A DNA stretch of 63,105 bases, counting the filler, from Sphacelaria rigidula (taxonomy: Eukaryota), in the NCBI GenBank assembly GCA_964200075.2. It is 11 parts of 11 records of this genome, joined end to end, with 100 filler letters (N's around TTAATTAATTAA, not from the genome) between each part and the next. Parts side by side here need not be neighbours in the genome. Positions count along the whole stretch, not along the records: positions 1 to 5,647 come from CAXNAA020025591.1; positions 5,748 to 11,393 come from CAXNAA020025592.1; positions 11,494 to 17,139 come from CAXNAA020025593.1; 8 more parts are not named here. One strand, given 5' to 3'. How positions within the stretch are numbered: the stretch's first letter is position 1; each line of letters opens with the position of its first letter. A program made the position numbers and the translations under genes. Under the pieces are notes generated by a model. The model ran no database searches. It was not told the origin of the DNA and saw nothing but the letters and a program-made list of their open reading frames with translations. Positions 1 to 12,560 of the stretch are shown here, one piece after another.

Positions 1-282
1 ATCGGGGATCCGCCCCTACAAAGCCGGGACGGAGCACGCCGGGTTCTCGCCGGACCAGGCTAGTGGGGGGGATTGTGCGTAAAAATCCCCTGGTCAGTCA
101 TTTCGTTGGAGATCCAGCTTTTTTGTACCCAGCGACGGATGAACAAGCCCCGTCACAGGTTTCACAACCCGGAATGCCCCGTATGAATGGGGCACGACAT
201 TTGATGCAAAAAAATAAAGAGTCCCCTCTCGAAAAGGGGGAGAGAGATATTTCATTATTATCCCCGGTTTGGGGCACCGTAT

Positions 283-644
283 ACCACGCTTCAGAACCCC
301 ATCGACGCTGCGCGTCAACAGGTACCGAATGACTTCTTGTCTCTCTGGATCATCCAAATTCTTGCGTGTTTGCCCCTGTGAGGCGTTGTCAGTAGCAGAC
401 ATGTCTCACCAGGAGATGGGAAGGCTTTTGGGCGGTGGTCCAAAGTTGGGGTGGTCATTTGGAGCAACTTCTGCTGGGGTGTGTGATTAACTTTTTCGGT
501 GCGACCTCTGAAAGACAGCGGTTCTGCGCGTTCCGCAGCGGCGGTCCAAAAAAAACAAAAAAACGGTTCGGAAAAAGACCTTCATATGCCCGAGTTAGAC
601 CGCTTTTGGTCCGAACCTTGCTTATAAATCCGCCCAGAGGGAAG
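283..644 (-). mobile_element. 5' end of a plant/oomycete-type (DD39D/Stowaway-related) mariner element: TIR plus truncated transposase N-terminus
   Basis: Minus-strand terminus TA|CTTCCCTCTGGGCGGATTTATAAG (644-621) resembles the Stowaway TIR; ATG at 402 gives RKNLDDPERQEVIRYLLTRSVDGVLKRG, like the N-terminus of plant mariner transposases; broken at a TA (280-281) by another Tc1-like end (TA CGGTGCCCCAAA). Confidence 0.65.
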
Positions 645-1419
645 TACACTGCGGGTATTGCCTGCTTCGTTGTTGCCCACGAAGGAGGGGGAATGAATAT
701 TTTATGCCTTTTCAGTTGCTGGTTCTGCACCCTGTTCCGTACAATGGGTGTTTCTGCGATGCAAATGTACTGGACTCATGGTTGCGAACACTCGTGTGTG
801 TCCGTCGCAAGTCTTTGTGTCCCCGGGTATCGGGTTCCTATCCGTTGCTGTGGGTGGAAAATGTAAATGAGTGTCTTCGTATCTGTTCTTCGACGGTGGG
901 GGTAGTCTTTTGCCCGTTCTACCGTATCGGTACAATCGTCAAAACATCATGAAGCCTCTTCTTCATATCCTGCCCCCGGGACACGGGTCTCCACACGCAC
1001 ACAGCGCAATATACTGCATTTGAAGCTATGACCTGTTCCGTCATCTACTGCGAGCAACGATGACCGGTCCTCATGTACCTTGGCTATCGATCTCATTGAG
1101 AAGCCGCCGAACCCCTTGTATATATATATATATATATCTTGAATGACGGTGTAATTGGTACATCTTTGCATGGACACATGAACTATTTTACCAAGGCTGC
1201 TGCAGCTCGTCAAGCGGCTACGTGGCCCGAAAAAGTAGCAAGCGGGAAAAGAGATCCTACTGGCGTGTCAAACAAACGATTCGCAGAGTGTTGCCTCTCA
1301 TGTGTGTGCATTTTTGGTGCGTTAACAAACTAAGGTGTAGCAATATCTCCACGCGCTTCCAACGCGTGTTCCACCCTCTGTGCCCGTATATATGTCTCTG
1401 ACTTCCCGCCCCAATCACG

Positions 1420-1940
1420 TCATGACTCGCACGTGGGATGAATGACGATGCGCAGATTCCTCCCTGATGAATCGTGATGCGAGAAAATGTTGATTTGATT
1501 CATGTTGTACGAATCAAGGTTGGAAATGGTGTTTTTCGAAACCATTCTGCACATATCTTGGAGGGAGTATATATGTATGAAAATATATATTTGTTGTTTT
1601 CTCGTACGAATCATGCGTGGGTCAAAGGTGAGGAAGCGTCATACAGCACGAATCAATGATGGGAAACACGTACGAAAGAATCGTGCAAATCGATGGTTGG
1701 AAAAATGTGCGATGGAGACGTATCGTTCCATCACTCGGGGGAAATATCGCGATGACTTGTACTAACGGTGGGGGAAAATGTTGGAAAAGCGTAATACCGT
1801 ACGAATCAGCGATGGGAGAATGTCGGAAATAGTCACACTGTACTGTGTGCGTTGTACGCTTAAAACATGATTTGCGTACGAATCACAAGTGACTTGTGCT
1901 ACAGTAAGCACTTTAATGAACGAATCGTGGCTTGATCGTC
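1420..1940 (+). repeat. Degenerate minisatellite with recurring (CGT)ACGAATC..GATGG..AAAATG motif
   Basis: Motif recurs irregularly (e.g. near 1508, 1603, 1648, 1670, 1798, 1876, 1921). Confidence 0.6.
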
Positions 1941-2319
1941 CAATGTGTCAACTCTTGTGACGTCTACCCTGCGTCAAGCGTATCCGCATGTCAACCCAAA
2001 TAAAATGATACCACCCGACAACACCAGATCCGGACGTGACAGAGAAGCGACGTAACGTAGAGAAGAACCGTCGGTTTGTCCTAGTACAGACGACATAGGC
2101 TCATTTCATGTTAGTTACCGCGCTGCAGTCATAGTCTGTGCCCCCGTGATTGCTCTCCGCTGTACTGTGTTGCCTGTGCTGAGTAGGCGCGCCTATCTCA
2201 CGCGCGACTAAAGTTCCATTGTGTGCAGTATTCTCCGAAAATGCCAAAAGAAATGCACCGTTGCTCGTCTGTACTGTCAGCTGCTCAAGTTCCTCCGATG
2301 TTGCGGTCAAGAGACTATT

Positions 2320-2730
2320 TTCGAAAATAAGGTTGAACGTAAAAATGAGGTTCAACTGCTGAACAATGCTTTCCCCGACGCAAAAGTCATGAGAAACGAC
2401 TTTTACATGGACGACCTGGTACCCCCCGAACACCTTCGAAGCTGTTGTAGGGGGCTTCCCGTCTTCCATTCCCTCGAAAGGTATGTGCAAAAGCATCATT
2501 TTGTGGTTGAAACCGTAAATTGTTTCACCCCGAAATCCAGGCAAAGCGGTGGTTTCGCACATACCCTTTGGGGGAACGAAAGACGGGAAACCCCCCTGAA
2601 TGGTTTCACGGACGTCGGGGGGGGCATCAGGTTGCCTATATGACAGGCAATTGTCATGACTTCACATCGGGGGAAGCACTGTTTCGACGTTGAACCTCAT
2701 TTTTCATTTTGATGGTCAACCTCTTGTTCG
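2320..2730. mobile_element. MITE with long degenerate TIRs (same family at ~48195-48640; end fragment at 22986)
   Basis: AATGAGGTTCAAC..TGCTTTCCCCGAC..AAGTCATGA is mirrored by TCATGACTT..TCGGGGGAAGCA..GTTGAACCTCATT; same layout at 48236-48610. Confidence 0.7.
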
Positions 2731-2742
2731 GAGATCACCTCG

Positions 2743-2895
2743 TCAGAAGGTGTCTTGATACAAGACGGTCGGATTTATTCCTCCAGTCCCACAGGGGAGA
2801 GATGGGCTCATCCCTTGCGACCACAGACTCGCCCCGAGGACGGGGAGGGGTTCAAAGTGCGATAAATAAATAAAATAAAATAAAATAAAATATAA
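2743..2895 (+). mobile_element. 3' end of a non-LTR element family with a (TAAAA)n tail (second copy 57461-57562)
   Basis: GGGGAGAGATGGG..ATCCCTTG.GACCAC.GACTC..CCCGAGGA.GGGGAG..GTTCAAAGTGCGA.AAATAAA shared by two contigs and followed by AAAAT repeats. Confidence 0.7.
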
Positions 2896-5064
2896 AGTCC
2901 AATCACGCCCGATAAAGCAACCTCCATCCGATGTGATACAAGCATGCGCGCACACTGCGCCGTCGCGCCCGAGTGGGTCTAACGGTACAACGTGAACCGC
3001 TATGTCGAAAGATGCGGGTGCGATATCCGGCAGATGTATCAGGGGCTTCACGAACAAAGTACCCGGTTTCCGTCATTGCAAACGTGACGGTGTGAGGGGC
3101 AATTCGATTCCTTCGCGGGAGTACGGGCGGTGCGTGAGTGCTGATCCAATCTGCGACATCAAAATTCAAGGCATGTACCGGTGAAGAGATGGCTTGGTCC
3201 CTTGACACCATCAGACTACGAACCCGTCCCGAGGAGGGAGAGGAGAAGGAAGGTCTCGCAAAAAAAGGAAAAGAAAAAAAATATTCCTCATTTACGCACC
3301 CCAGATCACGCCACTCTCAATCCTTCACTTCATGTGCACCAGATCAGGATCAGGGTGTAGCGAGATCTAAAGCTTGCGAATCTGGGACGAACCTCCTGCC
3401 AGTATGAGTTGGCCGCTTCCCTCATCACATCAACAGTGAACCGCATTGTCTGACGGAGCCGGAAAAAATTAGCCAAAAGATTCTTGAAGGGGGAGATGGC
3501 AATTGCTACTACTCCCTTTTTTTTTAAAGGAAGCAATCAGTACACGGACTCTAAAAGAGTGTTCAAGCTTCAAAAATGAAAGATCCTCATATAGGCCTCA
3601 GAAAAGCAAATGAGCGTTTTTCTGCTGAAGGCTACGGAGCAAAGTCGCAGCCCGCATCGCGTGTACAAAGGCATAAGGCACCCTCTTGGTCAACCAGGAC
3701 TCCAGGGGAACAACGGCATCGGCATCAGGAACTGCTGAGCTAGCTACGCTCTTACAGACGTATGGCTGACACATGGCGTCACTGTGCCGTTTCGAAGCTC
3801 GACCGACACCAAAAGCTTCAACTTTCGCCAAAAATGGGCGAGAGGAACGTCGGAGGCCACTAAAAACGAACAAAGTCATTTGATGGAGCTGGCCTGGTCA
3901 CTCGTTCGGGCATCAAGAGAAAAATCGTACGTCTGCACTTTGTGTATCGTACAACGTCCCAGTATTTGGTTGTAAGTGGTGGGTTGTTTGTTGCCAGGCC
4001 ACGCGGCGTGTGCATTGCCTCGCCGAGCGATTTTTGTGTCTCTCTCCGTTCAAGATGAGGTCGGGCAGGAACACGAGGGTTTTCCGAGGCCCCTTCCATG
4101 TAGGTTCATGTCGACACGGATCAGTAGTAGTCTCAATATATCAACATATTTGCGACGCGTATCATAGTTGATATTCTCTGAATATGCACGTGTTCTTGTA
4201 ATTGTTGAGCTGTGGTGACATTTTGGGCGTGCTACTGCGCACATGAGCAGCAGCAGCAGCAGCAGCGTACCCCAAGCGAGAGACCAGGAGCATTACCAAC
4301 AGCCCCGGCTTTGAAGGGCACCTACGCGTACAAACAACTTATCCTCTGTCTGTCAAATTACGAGCGAAAAAGTGCGGTTGCTGTCCGTTTTTGTGCGTGT
4401 GCTGCCGGCGCGTCTCACACAAACCATCATTTCTCGTTGAACTTCGAACAGATTCGAGCAAGGCCACCCGCAACGTGCTCAACTGATGAGCAGTTACGGC
4501 TTGAGCTGTGTGTCTTCATTTTGCAAGGACAGTGATACCCTCACGCGTACCTCTGATTGTGTTGCGTTGTTGGTCGGGCCTCTGCATGCGCCCCTGTCAA
4601 CGCAACATTTCGTTTCCTTTTCGCACTGAAAACAAAATCATTCTTGCAAAAAAAATGGAACCTCCTTTTTTTTTGGGGGGGGGGGGCAGCGACCAATCAC
4701 ATTCCGTTCTTGTTTTATTAAGATTCTGGAATAACTTTTTATTGTCTCCGCTAGAAGAAGTGAAAAACAATCAAGCTCGCCTTTTTCTCACAAACATGTG
4801 GACGAAAAGCACAAAGAGGCCTCGGGCCCTAACTTACAGACCACCACGCCACATACCATCCGTTCGCATGATCATACAAACTAGTACACACCATTCATCG
4901 CTAACTACGGTTGCAACCCTGCAGCATGAAGCAGGAGTTGAGCACAAGGATGGATGCACTGCAGTAGTTGCGTGTGCAGTGTATACATTTTGACGGCGAA
5001 AACTTGCACATGTCGGACGAGTCATTACTTGTGGAAACGAGTGCACTCGTTAATGTTTCTTGAA

Positions 5065-5400
5065 AACACCACGAGCACGACTCGTGTACTCGAGTTATTT
5101 TTTTGTCTTCACCAAGACCGATGACTCGTGTGCTGGAGTCATGATTTTTCCCACCACGAGCAATGACTCGAGCGCTTGCCCTATGATTGTATTGTCCACC
5201 ACGGGCAATGACTCGAGTGCTCGTCCTATAGTTTTTTCACACGCCAAACGAGCACGAGTATGAATCGTGGCACTCGCACTCGTTGGGCTGCTCGTTAGCG
5301 GTAAAAATCTAATGGGGCGAGTACTCGAGTCATTGCTCGTTGTGGAAAACAATAATAGGGCGAGAACTCGAGTCATTGCTTATGATGAACGGCTTGAGTG
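5065..5400. mobile_element. Foldback-type element built from CACGAGCAATGACTCGAG motifs (related array ~12650-13080)
   Basis: Motif repeated in direct orientation on the left and inverted (CTCGAGTCATTGCTCGT) on the right. Confidence 0.6.
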
Positions 5401-5540
5401 GAGTAGTCAGCAATCCGACGAGCAAATAATTATAATGAGCTCTTTGACGATCTTCAACCTAGAATCTTTAAGTTTACATGCATGTCCGCACATGTCCAGC
5501 GCCAAAGTTCGTTTTCATTTTATCCAAGCACCCCCCCCAC

Positions 5541-5647
5541 ACGTACAGGAGGACAGAGGAGGAAGTACATGGACAGAACTGCCCCTGTGGCGAAGGAATA
5601 GAGAGCAGAACTCATATAGTGGCAGAATGTGAACTATACAAGGAGGA
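5541..5647 (+). mobile_element. 5'-truncated LINE fragment (C-terminal CPC..H..C region)
   Basis: QNCPCGEGIESRTHIVAECELYKE matches the LINE at ~34850-34915 (QNCPCGEGTESRSHVVAECELYKE); preceded by a C-run. Confidence 0.85.
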
Positions 5648-5747
5648 NNNNNNNNNNNNNNNNNNNNNNNNNNNNNNNNNNNNNNNNNNNNTTAATTAAT
5701 TAANNNNNNNNNNNNNNNNNNNNNNNNNNNNNNNNNNNNNNNNNNNN
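5648..5747. other. Artificial contig-joining spacer N44-TTAATTAATTAA-N44 (also at 11394, 17140, 22886, 28632, 34378, 40124, 45870, 51616, 57361)
   Basis: Ten identical 100-bp spacers every 5746/5745 bp; the 12-mer gives stop codons in all six frames; contig lengths are 5647, 8x5646 and 2x5645. Confidence 0.98.
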
Positions 5748-5825
5748 ACATCAGGCGTTGTATGGCCATTTTTTTCGGGACACTTTTAGCTGGTTTTGGG
5801 GGGGGGCTATCGTAGAAAGTGTCTC
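5748..5825. mobile_element. Repeat terminus present in inverted orientation at both ends of contig 2 (partner 11314-11393)
   Basis: ACATCAGGCG.TGTATGGCCATTTT..GACACTTTT..GCTGGTTT..GGGGGGCTATCGTAGAAAGTGTC and its reverse complement at the contig end. Confidence 0.8.
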
Positions 5826-6659
5826 GATCGAAAAAAAAGTTATAAGACACCCCCCCAGACTCCTCTCGGGGGGTGATGGCAAAGTGCCCTTGACGTGTGA
5901 TGACTATATTCCCTGTTCCGGGGCTGAAACCCATTAGAAAAATTGGCAAACACGCCCCTCGAAAATGCCGACGGCAGATTTTCATCGAATAAACACAACT
6001 ATTGTGATGAACCACGAGATGAACAAACAATTCCGGTAGTAGGTGCCGTGGTTTCAGCCTGCGTTTATCTTCATGTGTGTTCAGCTACCACCGAAAAAGG
6101 AAAGCACCCAGGGCAGGTGGGGTGGGGTACGTAGTTGTGAGAACCCAGGTATAAAGCACCGAGTGTACTCTGCGTGCTTGTTCGTGCATTCACATATAAA
6201 GAGGGTCTCCTCGACAATGAGGTGCAATATCGCGGTGAGGTTGAACCCGGTTTGCAATTTCGCCATTTTCATGTAAATAATTGGATAAACGAAAGCACCA
6301 TCGAACAGCCGGTTCTAAATTTGGGGGGTAAATACTAAAATGGGGTTCAAGTGGTATACGTTTTTTGCAGGAATGACGCGAAACAGTTACGCCAAGGCAA
6401 ACTATTTTTCTCCACAAACATCTGCAGAAGTTAAGCATGTGTGACTAGGTTCACTCAATGAATGCGATGTACAAGCGTGTCGATGACGATACCAGCGGAG
6501 GAGTAACGGCAGAGAGGAAGATCCTCGCCCGTGTCCTTTGTGTGCCCTCGCTCGGTGATCTCCCCAATCGCTCGAGAGACTAGCATTATGCATATTACCA
6601 GCCTATACCCAATTCCCCTTGTGCCAGTAGGCAGATTATTACTGCACAGCCCCCCAAAG

Positions 6660-7020
6660 AACATTGAGGTGCCGAGGGGTATCGCCTCTTCTTGTCTGTG
6701 GAGCTTACCAATACAAAGATCGATTCCTCTCTGCCTCTCTTTTTGGACAGGACGCGCCTCTGTGCCCTGCAGAAGACGTCGTTGAAAAACAGGGCGATGT
6801 TTCCATCACCGCTACTCGTCTCTGCCACACACATGCCAGCAAGGACGGTGCTGCGGCAATAACAGATCTAACCGCACCTTAAGGGGGTGTTATTCATCGT
6901 TGTTTTCACCCCGACATGTGTACCTGTGCGTGCGCGACAAGAGCGTGCGTGACGAGAAGAGCGTGCCACACGCCAGTTGGGGGAAGTATGAGAGATCAAA
7001 CACTGGTGGAGACCTTCTTG
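6660..7020. repeat. Diverged repeat with an inverted copy at ~8340-8665; separate tandem duplication 7850-8000 / 8150-8300
   Basis: TTGAAAAACAGGGC..CACCGCTACT..CACACACATGCC.GCAAGGACGGTGCTGCGGCAA is present on opposite strands; the ORF track shows homologous peptides. Confidence 0.7.
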
Positions 7021-7276
7021 TCATGCGGAGTGAAAAAAGATACCCATCGTGGTGACCTAACTGTTGCTGGCGTGACGCATGAGAGTACCTCCATGCTGCA
7101 ATCTGGAGCACCCACAAACCCCCTGCGCGTGTGTCGCGGTAGCTTTCGAGAATCCCCGCATGAAGGGGTCATTCATCACAAGTTGGGGCGGGATATGTTT
7201 CACGAGGAACAAGAGTGCTCTATGATCAACCACTTGTCGTTGCATTTGAGACCCACGCCGCCAACCGCCGACCGCA

Positions 7277-7525
7277 GACTAATGCCGAGATAGCCCCCCC
7301 ACAAAAAGTGCAACGGCACCATCCAACGAACCGACTGCGATCCCACTATTGGGCTCGTTTGCAGCAATTCCGCCGACATGAGAGACACGTAGCAGTCTGA
7401 AATCAGCTATAATGCCCAAATCAGTCGCGTCGTGCAGCACGAAACCAGTTTTAACGGCAGTTATGATTATCGCCTCCTTGCACGTTTTCGGCCGGTTTTG
7501 GGGGGGGGCTATCTCGGTAGCAGTC
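7277..7525. mobile_element. ~250-bp MITE
   Basis: TIRs GACTAATGCCGAGATAGCCCCCCC and GGGGGGGCTATCTCGGTAGCAGTC; related to the contig-end repeat (GATAGCCCCCC). Confidence 0.7.
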
Positions 7526-7690
7526 CGCAAAGGTCTTGTGGCTTTGAAGCAACGCTGACGGCAGTACGCTAGATAAACTCGATCATCATGTGCGATTATG
7601 AAGAACTAGGGAACATCAGGGGGCAGCGAAAAACAAATCAGGACACGTAGACCACATGATTGAAAAATCGAGTTTTTGAGGGGGGGGGGC

Positions 7691-7750
7691 GTACTCATTT
7701 GTTGCTTGCCTTAGTCGTTTGACCATTGACCACGCATCCCTTTCGAGACG
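7691..7750 (-). mobile_element. Very short LINE 3'-end copy flanked by G-runs on both sides (other 3'-end copies: 22818-22885 +, 27760-27845 +, 28410-28631 -, 46367-46432 -, 52498-52567 -)
   Basis: Matches the LINE terminus GATGCGTGGTCAATGGTCAAACGACTAAGGCAAGCAACAAATGAGTAC; the copy at 27760 has a 15-bp TSD CGGAAGCTGTCGAGC (27745-27759, 27853-27867). Confidence 0.88.
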
Positions 7751-8722
7751 GGGGGGGGGGGGGACCCAGCCGTGTGTCCCCCAGCTTTTCGCCGAAGCGT
7801 TGGCGGATGCGGTCAGCTGCCGTAGACAGTATAGATCCTTGTTTCCATCAGATGTGTTTGCACTTGGGTGCTGGTTGCATCTGCTGGTATGCATGACTGG
7901 GCACTGGGACACTGATCAGTCCACGGGCGCCTGGGTTATTCCTGCCCGGGTTCTGGGATTCCCTCGGTTCCGCGGACACGTGAGTAGTGTTAAATCTCGG
8001 GTTAGTAACAAGGCGGTGTTGAAGATGTGTATTTTGTTTTTCTTCACCTGGGAGCATTGTGCTCTTTTGGCTAAACACCGTCAAAATGATCCTTGCTTCT
8101 TGTATTGTGTCAAATAACTGCATCATGTGTGACACATTTTTTTCATGGGATGTTTTTGCACTTTAGTGCAGGCTGCATCAGTTAGGTATGCCTGAGTAGG
8201 CACTGGGACACCGACCGGTCCACGGGCGCTTGAGGTATTTCTGCCCGGGTTCTGGGATGGTTTCGGTTCCACTGACACCGGAGTATAGGGCAAAGTCCTC
8301 GCGTTACCAAAGCGGTGGGTCTGATGTTTATCTTGCCAGAAGGTCTTCACAAGTGTTTGATCTCTCGTGCACTCCCCCCAACTGGCGTGTGGTCAAGCAC
8401 CCGGTTGGGGGTGTGGGAAAATCGACGATGAATAACATCCCCTAAGTTCATATTGGATCTATCTGGTTTTGCCGCAGCACCGTCCTTGCGGGCATGTGTG
8501 TGACAGAGAACAGTAGTAGCGGTGACGGGAATATTGCCCTGTTTTTCAAGGACATGTTTTTCAGCGTACAGAGGCACGTGTTGTCCAGAAAGAGAGCCAG
8601 AGAGAAGTTGATCTTCGTATCGGTGAGGTGCTCAGGCAAGACGAAGAGACGAAATCTCTCCGCAGCTCGGTCTTTAGGCACAACATGGAAAATTGGGTAC
8701 ATGATGGTGACATCGATGATGC

Positions 8723-9328
8723 TGTTGGAAATTCATACAGCCAGCAATCTAGCTGTTTATCTTCTGTGTGCGAGTTTTTACTCTGTAGCAAATTTTGCGG
8801 GACAATATACCCTGGTTCAACTGGGAGGCACAAAATATTGACCAAGGGTTCAAGTACTGTTTTTATATTGATACTTGAGTTCAATATCCCGTCAGACTTG
8901 CCACGTAAGCTCGTAGAATAAGGCAGTGTGCTGCCATTGTTTGCGAGTGTCGTAGCTTGAGTAAGAATCCAGTCTGTGAGCTGGCAAACCAACACGTCAG
9001 AGTCAAGGACGCGTTTTAGTCTACGTACGTGTAGAGCTTTGTTTTTTGCTCCAAGGATTGAGCAATTGTAGTCGGTGGTTCTCCCTACCCTCTATGATCA
9101 CTCTCCTTCCACTACACCATCAGTTCTCCGTCTTGAGAGGAAACTGCGAGTTCTGCTTGTCTTGGCCAAATAAAGAGCCCAATCAACCATTTGTCTCACT
9201 GATTTTATTCTGAAGCTGCGGAAGCAAGTTGTCTGATCAACCACGGTGCGACCTCTGTGTACTACTGCTCGCTGGACGGTAGTTGTCCTGTCGTAAGGAC
9301 AGTGCTACGAACACGAATTATTCCAACA
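8723..9328 (+). mobile_element. 5' LTR of a Ty1/Copia retrotransposon (606 bp)
   Basis: Starts TGTTGGAA and ends TTCCAACA (8-bp inverted ends), followed directly by a PBS-like sequence and gag. Confidence 0.8.
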
Positions 9329-9339
9329 GGTTTTGAGCC
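9329..9339 (+). promoter_or_regulatory. Primer-binding site, internal/half tRNAi-Met type
   Basis: GGTTTTGAGCC directly after the LTR CA; resembles the GGTTATGGGCCC PBS of copia-type elements. Confidence 0.6.
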
Positions 9340-9526
9340 ATCGATTCGCGACCGCGTAGGTCATCAGGTCATCAGCCTTCGATTCAAGACAACGACGGTC
9401 AGCACCAGCGAAGGGACTTCCCATCAAGGTCGTCACGGCAGCTAAAAGTGAGGAGAGTCCTGCCTTCATATTTTTTATTTGCACAAGGCTTTAGGTGTGA
9501 TAAATGTTCACACATATTGTAACAAG

Positions 9527-11331
9527 ATGAATAATCAAGGAGAGCCATCTGTTGCACAGCTCATCAGGAGCATCAGGAAATTCGATGGAATAAAGTTCCT
9601 CGAATGGAAGCGCAGCACGCGCGCAATGATTTCCCTCACACATCCTGAGATATCGGATATAATGAATAGAGGTAAACGTCCTGCGGAAACTTTTGATGAC
9701 GTGGAGCACATTCAAGGTGCCCAATCACTTCTAGTTGTACGACCCAGGTCGAGATCAACTCCGCCGCACACCCGCTACCAAGGAACCGCGCCGTCTTCAT
9801 TGGAAGAGGCAGCCGAAACAAGTGATCCAGTTGGGGATCCGCCGGTTGGCAGCGAAGTGGACTTCTCTCGGGAGGACACACATGTGAGAGTTGTGGTGAA
9901 CAGATCTGAAGTTGATAAGTGGGATCGCTGCAACGAACAGTTGTTCAATATACTATACTTGACAACTACAAGCCCAGCGGGCAGTTTTTTCTTCGCTTTG
10001 AGCCGAAGGGCCACGCAAGACCGGATGGCAAAATTGCATGGGAGGCACTGGTCGGAAAATACGATAACTCTTCGAAGCAACGGCGGCGTATTACCATGCG
10101 TCAGCTAGATAACATCAAGATGTCACCTGGCCAAGATCCTGACGTGTTTTTGACCAAGATCTATTATCTACGTGATCAGCTGGTGTACATGGGTGAGCCC
10201 ATTTCAGATTACAGACTTACGGACATCGTGGTGGAAGGCTTGACAGACGAATACGACAGGATAAAGTATGATGCGGAGCGTGACCCAGACTTCAGCATCT
10301 CCGACATCGAAGTAACAATGAGGAATATGTATTTAAATCGCATCGCACGCGGAATTTTGTCGAAGGGAGTACGCGGCCGTGATTCCACCATGATTGCGGC
10401 ATCGCCGCTCGATTCATCTGCAACACCTTCAAGATTCGCTGCAAAATGTTATTCCTGCGGTAGACCAGGACACTTTTCGCGTAACTGTCGTTCTGAAAGA
10501 CAGTCCAACAGCAGGAGCAGGTCTGTCAAATGGTGCAGTCTGCATCGTACAGATAAACATGACAACACCGAATGCAAGAATCAAATCGGTAATGGTAGTA
10601 CGTTCAAGAACAACGACAGGAACGATAACAACGACAGCAACTGCAACAATAAAAAAGACAACAACAACATCGACGAACATCAACGCCAAGCAAACACCGT
10701 CACAGTGGGTTCTGCGTCGACGACAGCACCTTCCAACATCCAAGTTCAAGAGACTAGCGGATCGGCAGCACCAACAGCGACTGACACAAGCTCGCCATCA
10801 AGCGGCATAGGCTTTAGCTTTTTTGCTGATCCTGCAGACGAGGAAAGCACTCGGCTACCGGTGTCGATATCATTCAGGATGGTATGCGACTCCGGGGTCA
10901 GTCATCACTACATCGACGATCACCTGCTACACTATATTGAAGAGGAGATGTTTGATAACGTGAAACTCGATCCTCCCATGAGAATTCTGACAGCAGGTCG
11001 TCATCTACTCAGCGGAACAGGCAAAGGAGTACCCCACTCCATCGTCTGTGATCAGCAGGGTAATCAACACTCCGTCCGTCTTCCGGCCATTATTGTTCCG
11101 GGTCTAGGGAAACATATTTTTTCACCAGTTGAAGCACTCACAAAAGAAGCTTCAACCATGTTCTCCATCGACTCTCACGTCGACCTTGGAAAATTGAAGA
11201 TTCCAATACACACCGACAACAACAACGGTACGCTCCACTTCATCAACATCAAGATTGTTCAGGACTCAATAAATGTCAAAACAAACACCGGGTCAGCATT
11301 TACGACAAAAGTAGGACACTTTCTACGATAG
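9527..11331 (+). pseudogene. Copia gag-protease polyprotein, frameshifted near 9990 and truncated before integrase
   Basis: Gag KFDG..FLEW and DGKIAWEAL..KY..MSPGQDPDVF..GLTDEY; zinc knuckle CYSCGRPGHFSRNC plus CSLHRTDKHDNTEC; protease VCDSGVSHHY; ORFs 9479 and 9919 overlap in different frames; cut by the repeat at 11314. Confidence 0.9.
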
Positions 11332-11493
11332 CCCCCCTCCGAAACCAGCCCAAAAGTGTCACGAACAAAATGGCCATACAGCGCCTGATGTTTNNNNNNN
11401 NNNNNNNNNNNNNNNNNNNNNNNNNNNNNNNNNNNNNTTAATTAATTAANNNNNNNNNNNNNNNNNNNNNNNNNNNNNNNNNNNNNNNNNNNN

Positions 11494-11575
11494 GTGACCC
11501 CGGCTGATGCACCCACATATACCGAAAAGTGTAGACTGGTGCCCGGAATAAATGGAACGACAACACACACACAAA
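11494..11575 (+). mobile_element. 3' part of the tRNA-derived SINE
   Basis: GTGACCCCGGCTGATGCACCCACATATACCGAAAAGTGTAGAC..GACAACACACACAC matches 37850-37931. Confidence 0.85.
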
Positions 11576-12069
11576 GTTTGACACACCGAGTGATGGACTC
11601 ACTGGTCGTGGTGGCAACATATCAGACGTAGGGTAGCGGGGGAGTTTCTCTCGACAAAAATAAATAATTGGGTAAGTGTACTACTAATTGGTTCATGTCT
11701 GTAAGAACGTGAAAGCCGAAGCGCTCGACTCGTGCGTCGTGGCATCAGAAATTGATCGATGGAATACTGGACTCGTTGCTTGCGGTGTCAAACATGACTG
11801 GGACGATTGTTCCAGTCATAAGTCGTGGTGGAACGAAAAATGTTATTGGCCCAAACTAAAATTGATACACCAAGTGCTCTAGTCAATGGTCGTGGTGGAA
11901 AGACTTCAGTGGGCGGGTAGTGGACTAGTCGGTCGTCGTGACCATCATGACTTGAGAGCGCACGCCAGTGTTTGGTCTATATGTGTTCAGAACCAACAGG
12001 TCGGCCACCTAAGCCGTTTATCGCGGCGTGAGAATGTCATATATAGAATTTTTCAAGGTTGTGTTTCGT

Positions 12070-12560
12070 AGGGTAGGAAATTTCTCACAACACTTACAGA
12101 AATGTCGGGTACCCGTATGAAAGTCCTCCAGATATTACAAAACTGGCGGGCACCCGTTTGAAAATCTTGCAGAAATTACAGAATCTCTTGGGTACGGTAT
12201 CGGGAATTCCTTCAACAGCATACCCGCGCTCCGGGCACGGTCATATATCATGTACATAACTCACAGTACTGTCGGGTAAGGGTATGGGATGCGTACAAAA
12301 CTCACGGAAACTGTTGGACAGGGTATGGAGGCTAAACATAAAACCGTACCCGCAACCGGGTATCTTATCAAGAGCATACCCGTGCGCCCCCGTAACGGTA
12401 CGGGAGACCTACAGAACTCACACAACTATCGGGCAAGGGTAAGTCTTACAAAGTTTACAGAACTGTCGGGTACCGGTATGAAAGTGTTGGGTACGGGGGA
12501 TACCCGGGGAAATATCCCGGGTACACAGAAATCTGTGCCCTACAGAACATAACCTTGGAA
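12070..12560. mobile_element. Non-autonomous DNA element built from ACAGAAC..TCGGGTACGGTATG subterminal repeats
   Basis: Roughly ten degenerate GGGTAC/ATACCCG/ACAGAA motifs in both orientations. Confidence 0.55.

Noticed and set aside
1420..1940. CRISPR-like repeat/spacer array (also considered 12070-12560 and 40233-40405)
   Set aside because: Repeats are degenerate, spacing is irregular, the spacers are themselves repetitive, the context is eukaryotic and there are no cas genes
5692..5703. Regularly spaced TTAATTAATTAA palindromes as a biological periodic element
   Set aside because: Embedded in fixed N-runs at constant spacing; an artificial six-frame-stop linker
9980..10000. Programmed ribosomal frameshift in the Copia element
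   Set aside because: The shift lies inside gag at a T-run, whereas Copia gag-pol is usually one ORF; a mutation or sequencing error is more likely
5748..11393. Whole contig 2 as one giant TIR element
   Set aside because: The inverted ends are best explained as two independent copies of a high-copy repeat that broke the assembly; the right copy interrupts the Copia ORF
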